Positions 1-10,929 of a stretch of DNA of 64,000 bases are shown piece after piece. Both the position numbers and the translations under genes were made by a program. Position 1 is the stretch's first letter, and each line of letters begins with the position of its first letter. Source of the stretch: Alphaproteobacteria bacterium. GTDB taxonomy: Bacteria; Pseudomonadota; Alphaproteobacteria; UBA828. Where the stretch lies: positions 2,624,001-2,688,000 of the forward strand of contig CBDEFM010000002.1 of the NCBI GenBank assembly GCA_965237415.1, written 5' to 3'. The notes beneath the pieces were generated by a model. It saw only the letters and a list, made by a program, of their open reading frames with translations. It did not search any database and had not been told where the DNA came from.

Positions 1-74
1 TGACGTGAAGGGTCGACCATTGACGGAGGCGCGCAAGCGGCATATCCAGACGCGAACCCCTCGGATTGTGAGCG

Positions 75-1433
75 TTGGCCATCCGCCTTGCACGCGCCGC
101 TGCGTTCGCCTGCGTAACGCTCGCCTTGATCCTGGCGGCAGCGGCGCCGGCGAGGCCGCAGGGTATGTCGCTCATTCGCGACGCCGAGATCGAAGATACC
201 ATCCGCGACTATGCCGCGCCACTGCTGGAGGCTGCGGGCCTCGGTGACGGCGCGGTCAAGCTGCATATCGTCAACGATCCCAACATCAACGCCTTCGTCG
301 CCGGCGGCCCCAATCTCTTCCTGAGCAGCGGCATGCTGGCCGCCGCCGAGGACCCCGGCGAGATCATCGGTGTGCTCGCGCACGAGACCGGCCACATCGC
401 CGGCGGCCACCTGGTGCGTACACGGGACGCATTGGAGAACGCGTCGGCCGAGATGATCCTTGCGACGGTCCTCGCAGCCGGCGCCATCATCGCCGGCGAG
501 GGCGAGGTGGGAAGCGTGATCGTGAGCGGCGGCCAGGCGATGGCGCAGCAGTCGTTCCTTCGCTACAGCCGGGCGCAGGAGGAAAGTGCAGACCAGGCCG
601 CCATCCGCCTCCTCGATAGCACCGGGCAGTCCGCCGCGGGCCTCCTGCGCATGTTCCAGAGGCTTGAGGAGCGCGAGCGGTTCTCTATCGGTGAGGTGAA
701 CAGCTATGCGCGCACCCACCCGCTCACGCGCGAGCGAATCCGCTTCGTCCGCGACCGCGTGGCGGGGGAGAACCGGGTCGGGGACGCAACGCCGGACGGG
801 GTACGGGTCGCCCACCGCCGGATGGTGGCGAAGCTCAAGGGATTCCTCGATCCGCCGGAGGAGACGTTCCGTGCCTATCCGGCCGAAGACGAATCGACCG
901 AAGCGCGCTACGCCCGCGCGATCGCCTACTACCGCATCCCAGACCTGGAACGCGCGCTCGCAGCGCTCGATGCCCTGCTCGCGGACCACCCCGACGATCC
1001 CTGGTTCCACGAGCTCAAGGGGCAGATTCTCTTCGAGAACGGCCGTGTCAGGGAGGCGATCGCGCCCTACAGCCGCGCGGTGGCGCTAAAGGAAGACGCC
1101 GCGCTGCTGCGCCTCGGCCTTGCCCGCGCGCTGATCGAGACCGGCGATGCCGCGCTGATCGCACATGCCGTAGAGAACCTGGAGGCGGCGAGCCGGCTGG
1201 AGCCGAAGGAGCCCCAGCACTGGTATCAGCTGGGCATCGCCCGCGGCCATGCAGGCGAGCGCGCTGCCTCCTCCCTCGCGTTTGCCGAGGCCGCCTATCT
1301 GCGGGGCGACGCCGATAAGGCGCGATACCATGCGACCATCGCTGCGGAAGGCCTACCCCACGGCAGCGCGCGCTGGCTGAGGGCGGAGGATATTCGCAAC
1401 GCCGCCGAACAGGCCATGAAGGGGCGGCGGTAA
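75..1433 (+). CDS. M48 family metalloprotease with C-terminal TPR repeats (BepA/YfgC-like)
   Basis: Signal-peptide-like N-terminus, INAFVAGG, HExxH (AHETGH), YSRAQEESAD, THPLT motif, TPR-like helices. Confidence 0.9.
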   Translation: MAIRLARAAAFACVTLALILAAAAPARPQGMSLIRDAEIEDTIRDYAAPLLEAAGLGDGAVKLHIVNDPNINAFVAGGPNLFLSSGMLAAAEDPGEIIGVLAHETGHIAGGHLVRTRDALENASAEMILATVLAAGAIIAGEGEVGSVIVSGGQAMAQQSFLRYSRAQEESADQAAIRLLDSTGQSAAGLLRMFQRLEERERFSIGEVNSYARTHPLTRERIRFVRDRVAGENRVGDATPDGVRVAHRRMVAKLKGFLDPPEETFRAYPAEDESTEARYARAIAYYRIPDLERALAALDALLADHPDDPWFHELKGQILFENGRVREAIAPYSRAVALKEDAALLRLGLARALIETGDAALIAHAVENLEAASRLEPKEPQHWYQLGIARGHAGERAASSLAFAEAAYLRGDADKARYHATIAAEGLPHGSARWLRAEDIRNAAEQAMKGRR

Positions 1434-1449
1434 ACGCCGGTAGCGTCCC

Positions 1450-2442
1450 TCAGATGAGTCCGCCGAGCGGCGACGACGGGTCGGCATAGCGCTTCTTGGC
1501 CATGCGGCCGGCGAGATAGGCGAGCCGGCCCGCCTCTACCGCATGGCGCATGGCGTGCGCCATTAGCACCGGGTCCCGGGCACCGGCGATGGCGGTGTTC
1601 ATCAGCACCCCGTCGCACCCCAGCTCCATCGCCACGGCGGCGTCGGAGGCCGTGCCGACACCGGCATCGACCAGCACGGGCACGCCAATGCGTTCGACGA
1701 TGATGCGGATGCCGACCGGGTTCTGCACGCCGAGCCCGGAGCCGATAGGCGCCGCCAGCGGCATGATGGCGGCGCAGCCCATATCCTCCAGCCGCTTGGC
1801 CATGATCGGGTCGTCGCTGCAGTAGACCATCACCTCGAAGCCGTCCTTGATCAGGATTTCGGCAGCGCGGAGGGTTTCAGGCATGTTGGGATAGAGCGTC
1901 TCCTGATCGCCGAGCACCTCGAGCTTGACCAGCGACCAGCCGCCGGCCTCGCGGGCGAGCCTCAGCGTGCGCACGGCGTCCTCGCCGGTGAAGCAGCCGG
2001 CGGTGTTGGGCAGATAGGTGTAGCGCTTGGGATCGACGTAATCGATCAGCATCGGCGTGCCCGGGTCGGCGACATTCACCCGGCGGACGGCGACCGTGAC
2101 GATCTCGGCACCGGAGGCCTCCAGCGCCGCGGCGGTCTGCTCGAAGTCACGATACTTGCCGGTCCCGACGATCAGCCGCGAGCGGAAGCGCCGGCCGGCG
2201 ACCTCCCAGGTGTCGTCGTCCGCGGCGGCCGGTGCAGGGTCGGCACCGCCGCCGATGAAGTGCACGATCTCGAGCCGGTCGCCGGCGGCGACGGCGGTGC
2301 GGTCGTAGGCGCTCCGGGGCACGATCTCGAGATTGTGCTCGACCGCGATCTTGCGCAGATCGAGGCCCAGCCCCGTCACGATGCTGTGGACCGACTGAGG
2401 CTCCTCGAACTCGCGGAGCTCGCCGTTAATCTGCACCTGCAT
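1450..2442 (-). CDS. thiG: ThiS-ThiG fusion (sulfur carrier + thiazole synthase)
   Basis: ThiS-like N-domain (MQVQING...[10 protein letters not shown]), then ThiG motifs [33 protein letters not shown]. Start placed at ATG 2442. Confidence 0.93.
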   Translation of the reverse strand: MQVQINGELREFEEPQSVHSIVTGLGLDLRKIAVEHNLEIVPRSAYDRTAVAAGDRLEIVHFIGGGADPAPAAADDDTWEVAGRRFRSRLIVGTGKYRDFEQTAAALEASGAEIVTVAVRRVNVADPGTPMLIDYVDPKRYTYLPNTAGCFTGEDAVRTLRLAREAGGWSLVKLEVLGDQETLYPNMPETLRAAEILIKDGFEVMVYCSDDPIMAKRLEDMGCAAIMPLAAPIGSGLGVQNPVGIRIIVERIGVPVLVDAGVGTASDAAVAMELGCDGVLMNTAIAGARDPVLMAHAMRHAVEAGRLAYLAGRMAKKRYADPSSPLGGLI

Positions 2443-2619
2443 GGGTGGCATTCCGTGCGTGTTCCGCATTCTGCCGCTCTGCAGCGGCCTTACCTGGAGT
2501 ATTGGTGAGGCCGCTGGCGATTTCAACCGGGGACGGCGGCGTTGAACGCGCGGATTGAAGCGCGAGTCCCAGCCGTGTTAGACCCGGCGTGCGGGCGAGC
2601 ATCACGACTCGGTGCGGCC

Positions 2620-3063
2620 ATGACTTACAATATCTTGATTTTGAACGGCCCCAACCTCAATATGCTGGGGTTGCGAGAACCTGAGATCTACGGTCGCCAG
2701 ACCTTGGACGATATTTGCGCGCTGTGCGAGAGCCACGCGGAGAGCCACGGGCTTGCGGTCGATTTCAGGCAGAGCAACCACGAGGGCGAGCTGATCGACT
2801 GGATTCAGCAAGCGCTGAAGGCACATGCCGGCATCATCCTCAATCCTGGCGGCTACACCCACACGTCGGTCGCCATCATGGACGCGCTGCGCGCCGTGGA
2901 CCTGCCAGCCATCGAATTGCATCTCTCGAACATCCACCGGCGCGAGCCCTTCCGCCGGCGCTCCTACGTCGCGCAGGCAGTGCGAGGTTCCATCTGCGGG
3001 TTCGGCGCGCACGGCTACCTGCTCGCGCTCGACGGGATGCGCGCGCTCTTGACGGAGGACTGA
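2620..3063 (+). CDS. aroQ: type II 3-dehydroquinate dehydratase
   Basis: LNGPNLNMLGLREPEIYG, QSNHEGELID, NPGGYTHTS, ELHLSNIHRRE; conserved aroQ-accB-accC order. Confidence 0.96.
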   Translation: MTYNILILNGPNLNMLGLREPEIYGRQTLDDICALCESHAESHGLAVDFRQSNHEGELIDWIQQALKAHAGIILNPGGYTHTSVAIMDALRAVDLPAIELHLSNIHRREPFRRRSYVAQAVRGSICGFGAHGYLLALDGMRALLTED

Positions 3064-3067
3064 CGCG

Positions 3068-3574
3068 ATGGCGGTGAAGCCTGTGCTGGAAGCCCGGCCG
3101 GAGGAGCCGGAGCCCGTGTTCGGACCTGACATCGAGTTGATCCGCGCGCTTGCTGCGGTGCTCGACGAGGCCGGCCTCACCGAGATCGAGATCGGCGAAG
3201 GCGCAAGCCGCATCCGCATCGCGCGAACCGCCGGGCCGCTCGTGGCGCCGCCACCTGCGCCCGCCGCACACCCCTTGCAGGCGGCGCCCGCACCGGAGGA
3301 GGTCCCGCCGCCTGGGCCGGCCCAGGACGATGCCTCCCACCCGGGCGCGGTGATTTCCCCGCTTGTCGGCGTCGTCTACGTGGCGCCGGAGCCCGACGGG
3401 CGTCCCTTCGTCCTGGTCGGCGACGAGATCCGCGAGGGCGATACGCTCTTCATCGTCGAGGCGATGAAGACGATGAACCCGGTCCGCGCCCCGCGTGGCG
3501 GCCGCGTCACCCGAATTCTTGCCGAGAACGGCGCCCGGGTCGAGTATGGCGAGGTCCTGCTGATCCTCGAGTGA
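3068..3574 (+). CDS. accB: acetyl-CoA carboxylase biotin carboxyl carrier protein
   Basis: Pro/Ala linker, biotinylation motif EAMKTMN. Confidence 0.95.
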   Translation: MAVKPVLEARPEEPEPVFGPDIELIRALAAVLDEAGLTEIEIGEGASRIRIARTAGPLVAPPPAPAAHPLQAAPAPEEVPPPGPAQDDASHPGAVISPLVGVVYVAPEPDGRPFVLVGDEIREGDTLFIVEAMKTMNPVRAPRGGRVTRILAENGARVEYGEVLLILE

Positions 3575-3579
3575 GGACG

Positions 3580-4938
3580 ATGTTCGACAAGGTCCTAATC
3601 GCCAACCGGGGGGAAATCGCGGTCCGGATCATCCGCGCCTGCCGGGAATTCGGCATCAAGACCGTCGCCGTCCATTCCACGGCGGACGCCGAGGCGATGC
3701 ACGCCCGGCTCGCCGACGAATCGGTCTGCATTGGGCCGCCCGCGCCAAGGGAGAGCTACCTCAACATCCCGGCGATCATCGCCGCCGGCGAGATCACCAA
3801 CGCCAACGCGATCCACCCCGGTTACGGCTTCCTCTCCGAGAGTGCCGATTTCGCCACCATCGTGGAGGAGCACGGTTTCATCTTCATCGGCCCGAGTCCG
3901 TCGCACATCACGCTGATGGGCGACAAGATCCGCGCCAAGCAGACCGCCGCCGAGCTCGGCCTGCCGGTGATTCCGGGCTCCGCCGCGGCACTGGAAAACG
4001 CCGATTCCTTTGCCCGGGCCGCTGACGACATCGGTTATCCGGTCCTCATCAAGGCGGTCGCGGGCGGCGGCGGGCGCGGCATGAAGCGGGTCGACAGCCG
4101 CGAAGAGCTGGCCGCGGCGGTCGCCACGGCGCGCGCCGAGGCCGATGCCGCCTTCGGCAACGACGCGCTCTATCTGGAAAAACTGGTCGCGGCCCCACGC
4201 CATATCGAGGTGCAGGTGCTCGCCGACCAGTTCGGCAACGCGGTGCACTTGGGCGAGCGCGACTGCTCCTTGCAGCGCCGCCATCAGAAGGTGCTGGAGG
4301 AAGCGCCATCGCCGGCACTGGACCCACACCAGCGGGCGGAGATCGGCGCGCGCGTCAGCGCCGCGGTCCGCGAGCTCGGCTATCGCGGGGTGGGCACGCT
4401 GGAGTTCCTCTACGAGGACGGTGCCTTCTATTTCATGGAAATGAACACGCGTATCCAGGTGGAGCATCCCGTCACCGAGATGATCACCGGGATCGATCTC
4501 GTGCACGAGCAGATTCGGGTCGCAGCCGGCGAGCCCCTCGCCTTCAGCCAAGAGGATGTGCGCTTCGAGGGCCACGCCATCGAGTGCCGGATCACGGCCG
4601 AGGACCCCGATACGTTTCGTCCCTCGCCCGGCACCGTCAGCGGCTACCACACGCCGGGCGGGCCGGGCGTGCGCATCGATTCCGCGCTCTATGACGGCTA
4701 CCGGATCCCGCCCTACTACGACAGCCTCATCAGCAAGGTGATCGCTCAGGCGGGCAACCGCACGGCGTGCCTCATGCGTCTCAGGCGGGCGCTGGAGGAA
4801 TACGTCATCCAGGGCGTCTCGACCACGATCCCGCTGCACCTGCGCCTGCTGGCCAGCACGGCGTTCGCCGAGAGCGCATACGACATCCACTGGTTCGAGC
4901 GCTTCGTGGCGGAGACCGGCACCGGTCCCGCGCCGTAG
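3580..4938 (+). CDS. accC: acetyl-CoA carboxylase biotin carboxylase
   Basis: [52 protein letters not shown]. Confidence 0.97.
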   Translation: MFDKVLIANRGEIAVRIIRACREFGIKTVAVHSTADAEAMHARLADESVCIGPPAPRESYLNIPAIIAAGEITNANAIHPGYGFLSESADFATIVEEHGFIFIGPSPSHITLMGDKIRAKQTAAELGLPVIPGSAAALENADSFARAADDIGYPVLIKAVAGGGGRGMKRVDSREELAAAVATARAEADAAFGNDALYLEKLVAAPRHIEVQVLADQFGNAVHLGERDCSLQRRHQKVLEEAPSPALDPHQRAEIGARVSAAVRELGYRGVGTLEFLYEDGAFYFMEMNTRIQVEHPVTEMITGIDLVHEQIRVAAGEPLAFSQEDVRFEGHAIECRITAEDPDTFRPSPGTVSGYHTPGGPGVRIDSALYDGYRIPPYYDSLISKVIAQAGNRTACLMRLRRALEEYVIQGVSTTIPLHLRLLASTAFAESAYDIHWFERFVAETGTGPAP

Positions 4939-4948
4939 CCCAAACGAC

Positions 4949-5620
4949 ATGACCACGGTCGAGCTCACGCCGGCTCTGATCCTGCGGGCCTACGGCTGCG
5001 GGCTCTTCCCCATGGCGGAGGGCAAGGCGGAGCGTGATGTCTTCTGGGTCGATCCCGAGACGCGCGGCGTCATCCCGCTCGACGGCTTTCACGTGCCCCG
5101 CCGGCTCGCGCGCACGGTACGCGCCGGGCGCTTCCGGATCACCGTGGACCGCGATTTCCCCCGCGTCGTGCGCGGCTGCGCGCGCCGCACCGGGCGCCGG
5201 CCCGAATCCTGGATCAACGGGCCCATCTTCGAGGCCTACTGCGCGCTGCACCGGCAGGGGCACGCCCACAGCGTGGAGGCCTGGCAAGACGATACGTTGG
5301 TCGGCGGCCTTTATGGCGTGGCGCTGGGTGCCGCGTTCTTCGGCGAGAGCATGTTCAGCGCCGAGCGGGATGCCAGCAAGGTCGCACTCGTGCATCTGGT
5401 CGCACGCCTGAGGGCGGGCGGCTTCACCCTGCTCGATACCCAGTTCGTCACCCCGCATCTCAGCCGCTTCGGCGCGATCGAGATGCTGCGGGCCCGCTAC
5501 CTTTCGCAGCTCGCCGATGCGCTCCCGCGCCCCGCGACCTTCTATCCGTCCGGCTTCTCCGACGCGGCGTTTTCCGGTGCCGGCGCAGCCGCGGTGCAGG
5601 CGAGCACCCAGATGTCGTAG
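4949..5620 (+). CDS. aat: leucyl/phenylalanyl-tRNA--protein transferase
   Basis: [39 protein letters not shown]. Confidence 0.95.
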   Translation: MTTVELTPALILRAYGCGLFPMAEGKAERDVFWVDPETRGVIPLDGFHVPRRLARTVRAGRFRITVDRDFPRVVRGCARRTGRRPESWINGPIFEAYCALHRQGHAHSVEAWQDDTLVGGLYGVALGAAFFGESMFSAERDASKVALVHLVARLRAGGFTLLDTQFVTPHLSRFGAIEMLRARYLSQLADALPRPATFYPSGFSDAAFSGAGAAAVQASTQMS

Positions 5621-5970
5621 ACCGGGTGCTCGAGCGCCGCGAGACCCGGCGTGGACGAGAACATCCACCCCGTATAGAGGCGCACCGCGCGCTCATCGTG
5701 GTGTACCTCGTCGATCTCTAGGAAGGCCACGTTCTCCGGCGGCTCTTCGGGCGGCGCCGCGTGACAGGCACGCACAACGATGCGGAGCGTTCCAAAACGG
5801 ACGGGCCGGTCGAGGAGCACTTCCAGCCTGGAGGTCCGTGCCACCACCTTGTCCAGCGCCTGGAGCACGGCGACCCGGCGCTCAGCCGCGCCGACACCGG
5901 AGCCGACGCCATCGGCCACGGACGCAGCGAGCGTCGCGCCCGCTGCCAGGAAAAGAAGACCGAGCCTCAC
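5542..5970 (-). CDS. DUF2155 family exported protein
   Basis: LQALDKV...FGTLRI..RAC...[25 protein letters not shown]; lies downstream of mlaD as is usual in Alphaproteobacteria. Confidence 0.85.
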   Translation of the reverse strand: MRLGLLFLAAGATLAASVADGVGSGVGAAERRVAVLQALDKVVARTSRLEVLLDRPVRFGTLRIVVRACHAAPPEEPPENVAFLEIDEVHHDERAVRLYTGWMFSSTPGLAALEHPVYDIWVLACTAAAPAPENAASEKPDG

Positions 5971-6411
5971 CTACTCCGTGCCGAACGCGAACTTGCCGAT
6001 CAGCTCCTCAAGCAGGAGCGAGGATTGGGTGTACGCGATGCGACCGCCGTCGGCGATCAGAGTCTCCTCGGCGCCCGGCTGGAGGTCGATGAACTTGCCG
6101 CCAAGCAGGCCGTCGCTGACCACTGCCGCCGTGGAATCCAGCGGAAGCTCGACCGTCTCGTCGATGCTCATGCGGAGCACGGCGCGGTAGGTCTCGGGCT
6201 CGAGTGTGCGCTCGATCACGGTGCCGACCTTGATACCGCCGATGCGCACGTCGGACCCGTTGGCGATGCCGTCAACGCGGTTGAACGCGGCGCTCACCTC
6301 GTAGCCGCTCACCGTGGCGACGCCGCTACGGGTATAGGCGAAGACGACGAAGCCGATGGCCACCGCCAGCACCACTGCACCCAGCAGGGTCTCGACAAGG
6401 CTCCTCGACAT
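5971..6411 (-). CDS. mlaD: outer membrane lipid asymmetry maintenance protein MlaD (MCE domain)
   Basis: N-terminal TM helix, GSDVRIGGIKVG, SDGLLGGKFIDLQPG, TQSS; GGAGG RBS before ATG 6411. Confidence 0.9.
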   Translation of the reverse strand: MSRSLVETLLGAVVLAVAIGFVVFAYTRSGVATVSGYEVSAAFNRVDGIANGSDVRIGGIKVGTVIERTLEPETYRAVLRMSIDETVELPLDSTAAVVSDGLLGGKFIDLQPGAEETLIADGGRIAYTQSSLLLEELIGKFAFGTE

Positions 6412-6544
6412 GGCGACCTCCTTCCGTGCTTCTACGCGGAGGATTGCTGCCTCGCCCCGCCTTGGCAAGGCCGCCTCGAGTCGCAGTTTGGCACAGCGCA
6501 CACAGTCTCGGATACCAACTCTGGATGAAAGCTAAGCGTCGTCG

Positions 6545-8557
6545 GACAAGCAAGGCGGATGGCTCGATTTCGCCCTCGGGCAACCGGCCCGCGATCGCGG
6601 GGCCATCGGAGACGAACTTGGGCTGCCAGGCGATGCGATGCTTGCTGTATGGCAGGTCGACCCGCCGCGGATTAGAGATGAAGGAGAAGTACTTCTCAAT
6701 GTGAAGGACGAGGTCTCCGGTCGCGCCGTCGTAGCAGCTGATGCTGCCAGATACCCATTCGCCGGTCGGTACCGAGTACTGGCCCTTGTCGTCGACTTCG
6801 TACCGGATATTGCCGGGATAGGTGACGTGGCAGGTCAGGCGCGGCACCGTGGGCGCGCGCAGGAATGTCACGCCCTCGGCCCGCCGGGGAATGGCGAAAA
6901 GATCGGCGCCGAGCATCAGGTCGTAGAGAAACGACTGCAACCCACCGTCGAGCAAGGCCGGGAAGGAGACGTAGCCCTCCTCCTGGCCGCTCTTCCACAG
7001 CCCTTCGTCCACTTCGACATCGAACAACAGATAATCGGTCGCGACATCGCGCCGCAGCCGCCGCATGTTGCGGAAGCAGGGGCCGTATTGGAAGGTTTCG
7101 CCGAGGACCGTCTCGAAGCGTTCGTAGAGCTCGTTGTCCGCCGCATAGGCCAGGGGCTCATAGCGCGAGGAGTCGATAGCCGTCAGATGTTCCGGCACGC
7201 TCGGCGCATGGTCGGCGCCGACGAGCCGCACGTGGCCGCGGCAGTGCAGCTCGCTCTTCGCGTCGACGTCGTAAGGCTGGGTCGAGATGGTGAGTGTGAA
7301 CTCATCCGGGGAATTTGAGACCGGCTGCAGGGCCGTCTGCAGCCGCACCGGCGTCCTGGGGATGGGGCAGGGCTGGGGGAATTCGAGCATCTCGATATGA
7401 ACGGGAGCACCTTCGAGAGCCTGCAGAACGAGTTCGATATAGCCGGCGGCCGGCATGATCGGTGCGTGGTGGACGCGGTGCTCCGCCAGCCACGGAAAGG
7501 CCCTTTCTGACAGGCGCGCTTCCAGAAGCAGGTGATCGCAGGGGACCCGGTGGCCTACCAGCGGTCCGTGCGAGTACTCGCTCCGCTTCTGCAGGAACTC
7601 GTCGTCCAACGTGTTGTCGACGCTCTTCTGCTCGTCGCGAGGGTGCCCCGGCAACAAGTGGACGATGGGCGTCGGCCGCGGATACTGGGCCGCGAAGTCC
7701 AGAGGCACGCCAGCCTTGAAGAGAGCGCCCAGGGCCGCGTTGACCGCGGTTGCCTCGATCACGGCGTAGATAGGGTCTCCGTCCCGTTCGGCGGCCGCCA
7801 GGGGCTTGATGGCGAAGACGAACGATCCTTCGGAACGCATGTAGCCGTTGGCCTCCGCATCGAAGGAATGGCAGATACCCTCCGGGCTGATGACGCCCAT
7901 GAGGTTGAAGCTGCTGCTCATCCTGCCGCTGCCCAGATAGGTGACGGCGCCGACGAGCGCCTGTTCGCAATCGCCGCACGCGAGCGCATTCATCGCCGCG
8001 TGCAGGGCACTCAGGCAGGCGGAGCAGCCCGTGCAGTAGGTCGCGGACGATCCCATGAGGTTGAAGTGGTACGAGACCCGATTGGCCAGCACGACAAGGC
8101 TGATGCCGGACACGGAATACTCCGTGACACCATGCTACGGCCGCCAGTTGGATACGGCGGGAACCTGCGCGCCGATAAAGACGCCGGTGGGGCTGTTGCG
8201 CAATGAAAGAAGGTCCCAGCCAACGTGTTCGATGGCCTCCCACGCGCAATTCAGCAGCATCCTTACTTGCGGTTCGGTCTGCTTCAATTGGTTGTGGGAC
8301 ATGCCGAAGAACGTCCGGTCGAATAGCAATTCGTCGTCGTCGCGAATCAGCCCCTCGTAAGGGCTTGCAAGACGCCCCGGACCCGAAAATTCCCCGGTGG
8401 GCAGGTGGCCTTTGCCATAACGGTCGCTTATTGGCTCCTGGACAACCTCCCGCTCGCTAAGGAGGCGTCAGAAATCCGAATCCGAGTGAATTCCACCGGG
8501 CATACGGTGGCTATACCCCACGATGGCAACGTCGTTCTCGGTCTTCGGTAACGTCAT
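6545..8557 (-). pseudogene. decayed type I PKS/FAS gene (partial KS joined to post-AT linker and DH domain)
   Basis: One reading frame from ATG 8557 (MTLPKTENDVAIVGYSHRMPGG) with in-frame TGA 8470-8468 and TAG 8137-8135. KS motifs EPQVRMLL, ANRVSYHFNL, CTGCSA, FDAEANGYMRSEG. Jumps near 7735 to LGALFKAG and DH motif HRVHHAPIMPAAGY. The 3' end is approximate. Confidence 0.85.
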
Positions 8558-8860
8558 GCTATCGCTCGAAGTCACGACACCACGGCAATCGCCACAGACC
8601 AGCCGTCCACATGCGCGCGCGCATTATGCCTCGGCACCACGGAAACAACTCAGTTGATTGGGTGTCGCGGTATTCTGTGGTCCGTTTCGGAACGTACGTT
8701 CGAAACGTAGCCCTATCCCGCCCCTTCGTCCACGAGGTCGTTCTCGCATATTGATTGCGAACGAGGGCTGCAGCACGCCGCAGATGTTACTTACCCGGTG
8801 TATTCTCTCCTCAGGGAAATAGCGGGGCGAGGAAGCGCCGCCGGCGCCATCGCCTGACGG

Positions 8861-9268
8861 CTAACCCACGATCTCGCCTTCCACCATCGCGACCGCCTCA
8901 ATCTCGATCTCGAGCTCCGGCAGCGCCAACCCCGTGATCTCGACGATCGTGTCGGCCGGGTAGGGCGGGGTGAAATACTTCTCGCGCAGCGCCACAATCT
9001 TGCCGAAGTTGCCCATGTCCTTCAGGTAAATGTTCACCTTGACGATCTTTGCGAGGCTGGAGCCCCCGGCCTCCAGTACCGCTGCCAGGTTCTTGAAGGT
9101 CTGCTCGGCCTGAGCGTCAAAGTTGCCGACGCCCACGATAGTGCCGTCGAGGTCGATCGCGGCCTGGCCGGAGACGAAGATCAGGTCGCCGACGCGGTAG
9201 GCCTGTGCCAGCCTGAAGGCCTCGTAGGGATCGGGATCCGTCTTGATGCGAATTGCGTTCTCGGCCAT
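8861..9268 (-). CDS. RidA/YjgF family protein
   Basis: IFVSGQ, VKVNIYL, PADTIVEITGLALPELEIEIEAVA. Confidence 0.9.
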   Translation of the reverse strand: MAENAIRIKTDPDPYEAFRLAQAYRVGDLIFVSGQAAIDLDGTIVGVGNFDAQAEQTFKNLAAVLEAGGSSLAKIVKVNIYLKDMGNFGKIVALREKYFTPPYPADTIVEITGLALPELEIEIEAVAMVEGEIVG

Positions 9269-9378
9269 CGATCTTCTCCGTCGTAGGCGCCGCAAAACGG
9301 GGCGTCGCGATAAGCCAGTCTCGCCCACAGCGCCCCTTGATGCTAGGACGCGCCCTGCGGCAGCAGGAGGCACACGAC

Positions 9379-10176
9379 ATGAGCGACACCGTGCATATCG
9401 AGCGAGAGAATGGCATCGCCCGGGTGACCCTCAACCGGCCGGAGGTGCTGAATGCCCTTGATGCCGAGCTCTGCGAGGCGCTTCTGGCGGCCCTGGCCGC
9501 GCTGGAGCGCGATTCCGAGACCCGCGTGCTGGTGCTGCGCGGCGCGGGCGGGCACTTCATGGCGGGCGGCGACCTGCGCTCTTTCTACGAGCTGATCAAG
9601 CTCACGCCGGATGAACGCCGGCAGCACTTCGAGGGGTTCATCGATGTGGTCCACCGCATCATCCGGATCATGCGGCGGATGCCGCAGCCGGTCATCGCCA
9701 GCATCGGCGGCGCCACCGGCGGCTTCGGACTGAGCCTGGTTCTCGCCGCCGACCTCGCGGTCTGCGCCGCGGACAGCATCTTCACCATGGCCTATTGCCG
9801 CATCGGCACGAGCCCGGACGGCTCGTCGACCTGGTTTCTGCCGCGCACGGTGGGCGCCAAGAAAGCGATGGAGCTTGCGCTCCTCGGCGACCGCTTCGGC
9901 GCGCGCGAGGCCGAACGGCTCGGCATCGTGAACCGCGTCGTCTCGCCGCACCGGCTCGAGGAAGAGACCGAGGCGCTGGCCCACCGGCTTGACTCGGGCC
10001 CTGCCCGCGCCTACGCCAACACCAAGCGGCTGCTCGGCAATTCGGGCCATGCCTCCCTCGAACAGCAGCTCCAAGCGGAGGGCGAAATGTTCGCGGATTG
10101 CGCGGCGAGCGACGATTTCGCCGAAGGAGTCGCGGCCTTTGTCGAGAAGCGTAAGCCCACCTTCACCGGGCGCTGA
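9379..10176 (+). CDS. enoyl-CoA hydratase/isomerase family protein (PaaG-like)
   Basis: TLNRPEVLNAL, FMAGGDL, IGTSPDGSST, DFAEGVAAFVEKR; GGAGG RBS. Confidence 0.9.
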   Translation: MSDTVHIERENGIARVTLNRPEVLNALDAELCEALLAALAALERDSETRVLVLRGAGGHFMAGGDLRSFYELIKLTPDERRQHFEGFIDVVHRIIRIMRRMPQPVIASIGGATGGFGLSLVLAADLAVCAADSIFTMAYCRIGTSPDGSSTWFLPRTVGAKKAMELALLGDRFGAREAERLGIVNRVVSPHRLEEETEALAHRLDSGPARAYANTKRLLGNSGHASLEQQLQAEGEMFADCAASDDFAEGVAAFVEKRKPTFTGR

Positions 10177-10179
10177 GCG

Positions 10180-10920
10180 ATGGCCGGGCGGCTCGCGGGA
10201 AAGACCGCGCTGATCACGGCAGCGGGGCAAGGGATCGGCCACGCGACCGCCGTCGCATTCCACAACGAAGGCGCGGTTCTCTGGGCGACCGATATTGAGG
10301 AGGCCAAACTCGCTGGCCTCGCCACACTGGAGGGCGTCACCTGCCGGGCGCTGGACGTCCGCGATGCCGGTGCCGTCGCAGCCGCGGCCGATGAGATCGG
10401 CGACCTCGATGTGCTCTTCAACTGCGCCGGCCGCGTGCCCCACGGCGCGATTCTCGATTGCGAGCCCGCGGTCTGGGAGGAGACGCTGAGCCTCAACGTG
10501 ACCGCGATGTACCGGATGATCCGCGCCTTTTTGCCAGCAATGCTGGCCCAGGGCGGCGGCTCGATCATCAACATGGCGTCGGTGGTCTCATCGGTGAAGG
10601 CCGCGCCCGACCGCTGCGCCTACGGCGCCAGCAAGGCCGCCGTCATCGGCCTCACCAAGTCGGTCGCGTTGGACTATGCGGCGCAAGGGATCCGCTGCAA
10701 CGCAGTCTGCCCCGGCGCGGTCGATACCCCTTCCCTCGAAGAGCGATTCAACGCCCGCCCGGACCCCGAGGTTGCGCGCGAGGCCTTCCTCGCGCGCCAC
10801 CCGGTGGGGCGGATGGCAGCGCCGTCGGAGATCGCGGCGCTCTGCGCCTATCTCGGCTCGGACGAGTCGGCGTTCGTGACCGGCCAGGCACTGGTCATCG
10901 ACGGTGCCTGGGGGCTGTGA
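10180..10920 (+). CDS. SDR family oxidoreductase (BDH2-like)
   Basis: TAAGQGIG, LFNCAG, YGASK, CPGAVDTPSL. Confidence 0.88.
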   Translation: MAGRLAGKTALITAAGQGIGHATAVAFHNEGAVLWATDIEEAKLAGLATLEGVTCRALDVRDAGAVAAAADEIGDLDVLFNCAGRVPHGAILDCEPAVWEETLSLNVTAMYRMIRAFLPAMLAQGGGSIINMASVVSSVKAAPDRCAYGASKAAVIGLTKSVALDYAAQGIRCNAVCPGAVDTPSLEERFNARPDPEVAREAFLARHPVGRMAAPSEIAALCAYLGSDESAFVTGQALVIDGAWGL

Positions 10921-10929
10921 CCGCCGGGC

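Noticed and set aside
6326-6545. C-terminal extension of the PKS ORF into mlaD
   Set aside because: Run-on after truncation; it overlaps mlaD in a different frame and loses PKS-like character
8135-8470. Stop-codon recoding (selenocysteine, pyrrolysine or alternative code) in the PKS gene
   Set aside because: Both TGA and TAG occur, the gene also has a large deletion and truncation, and neighbouring genes use TGA and TAG as normal stops
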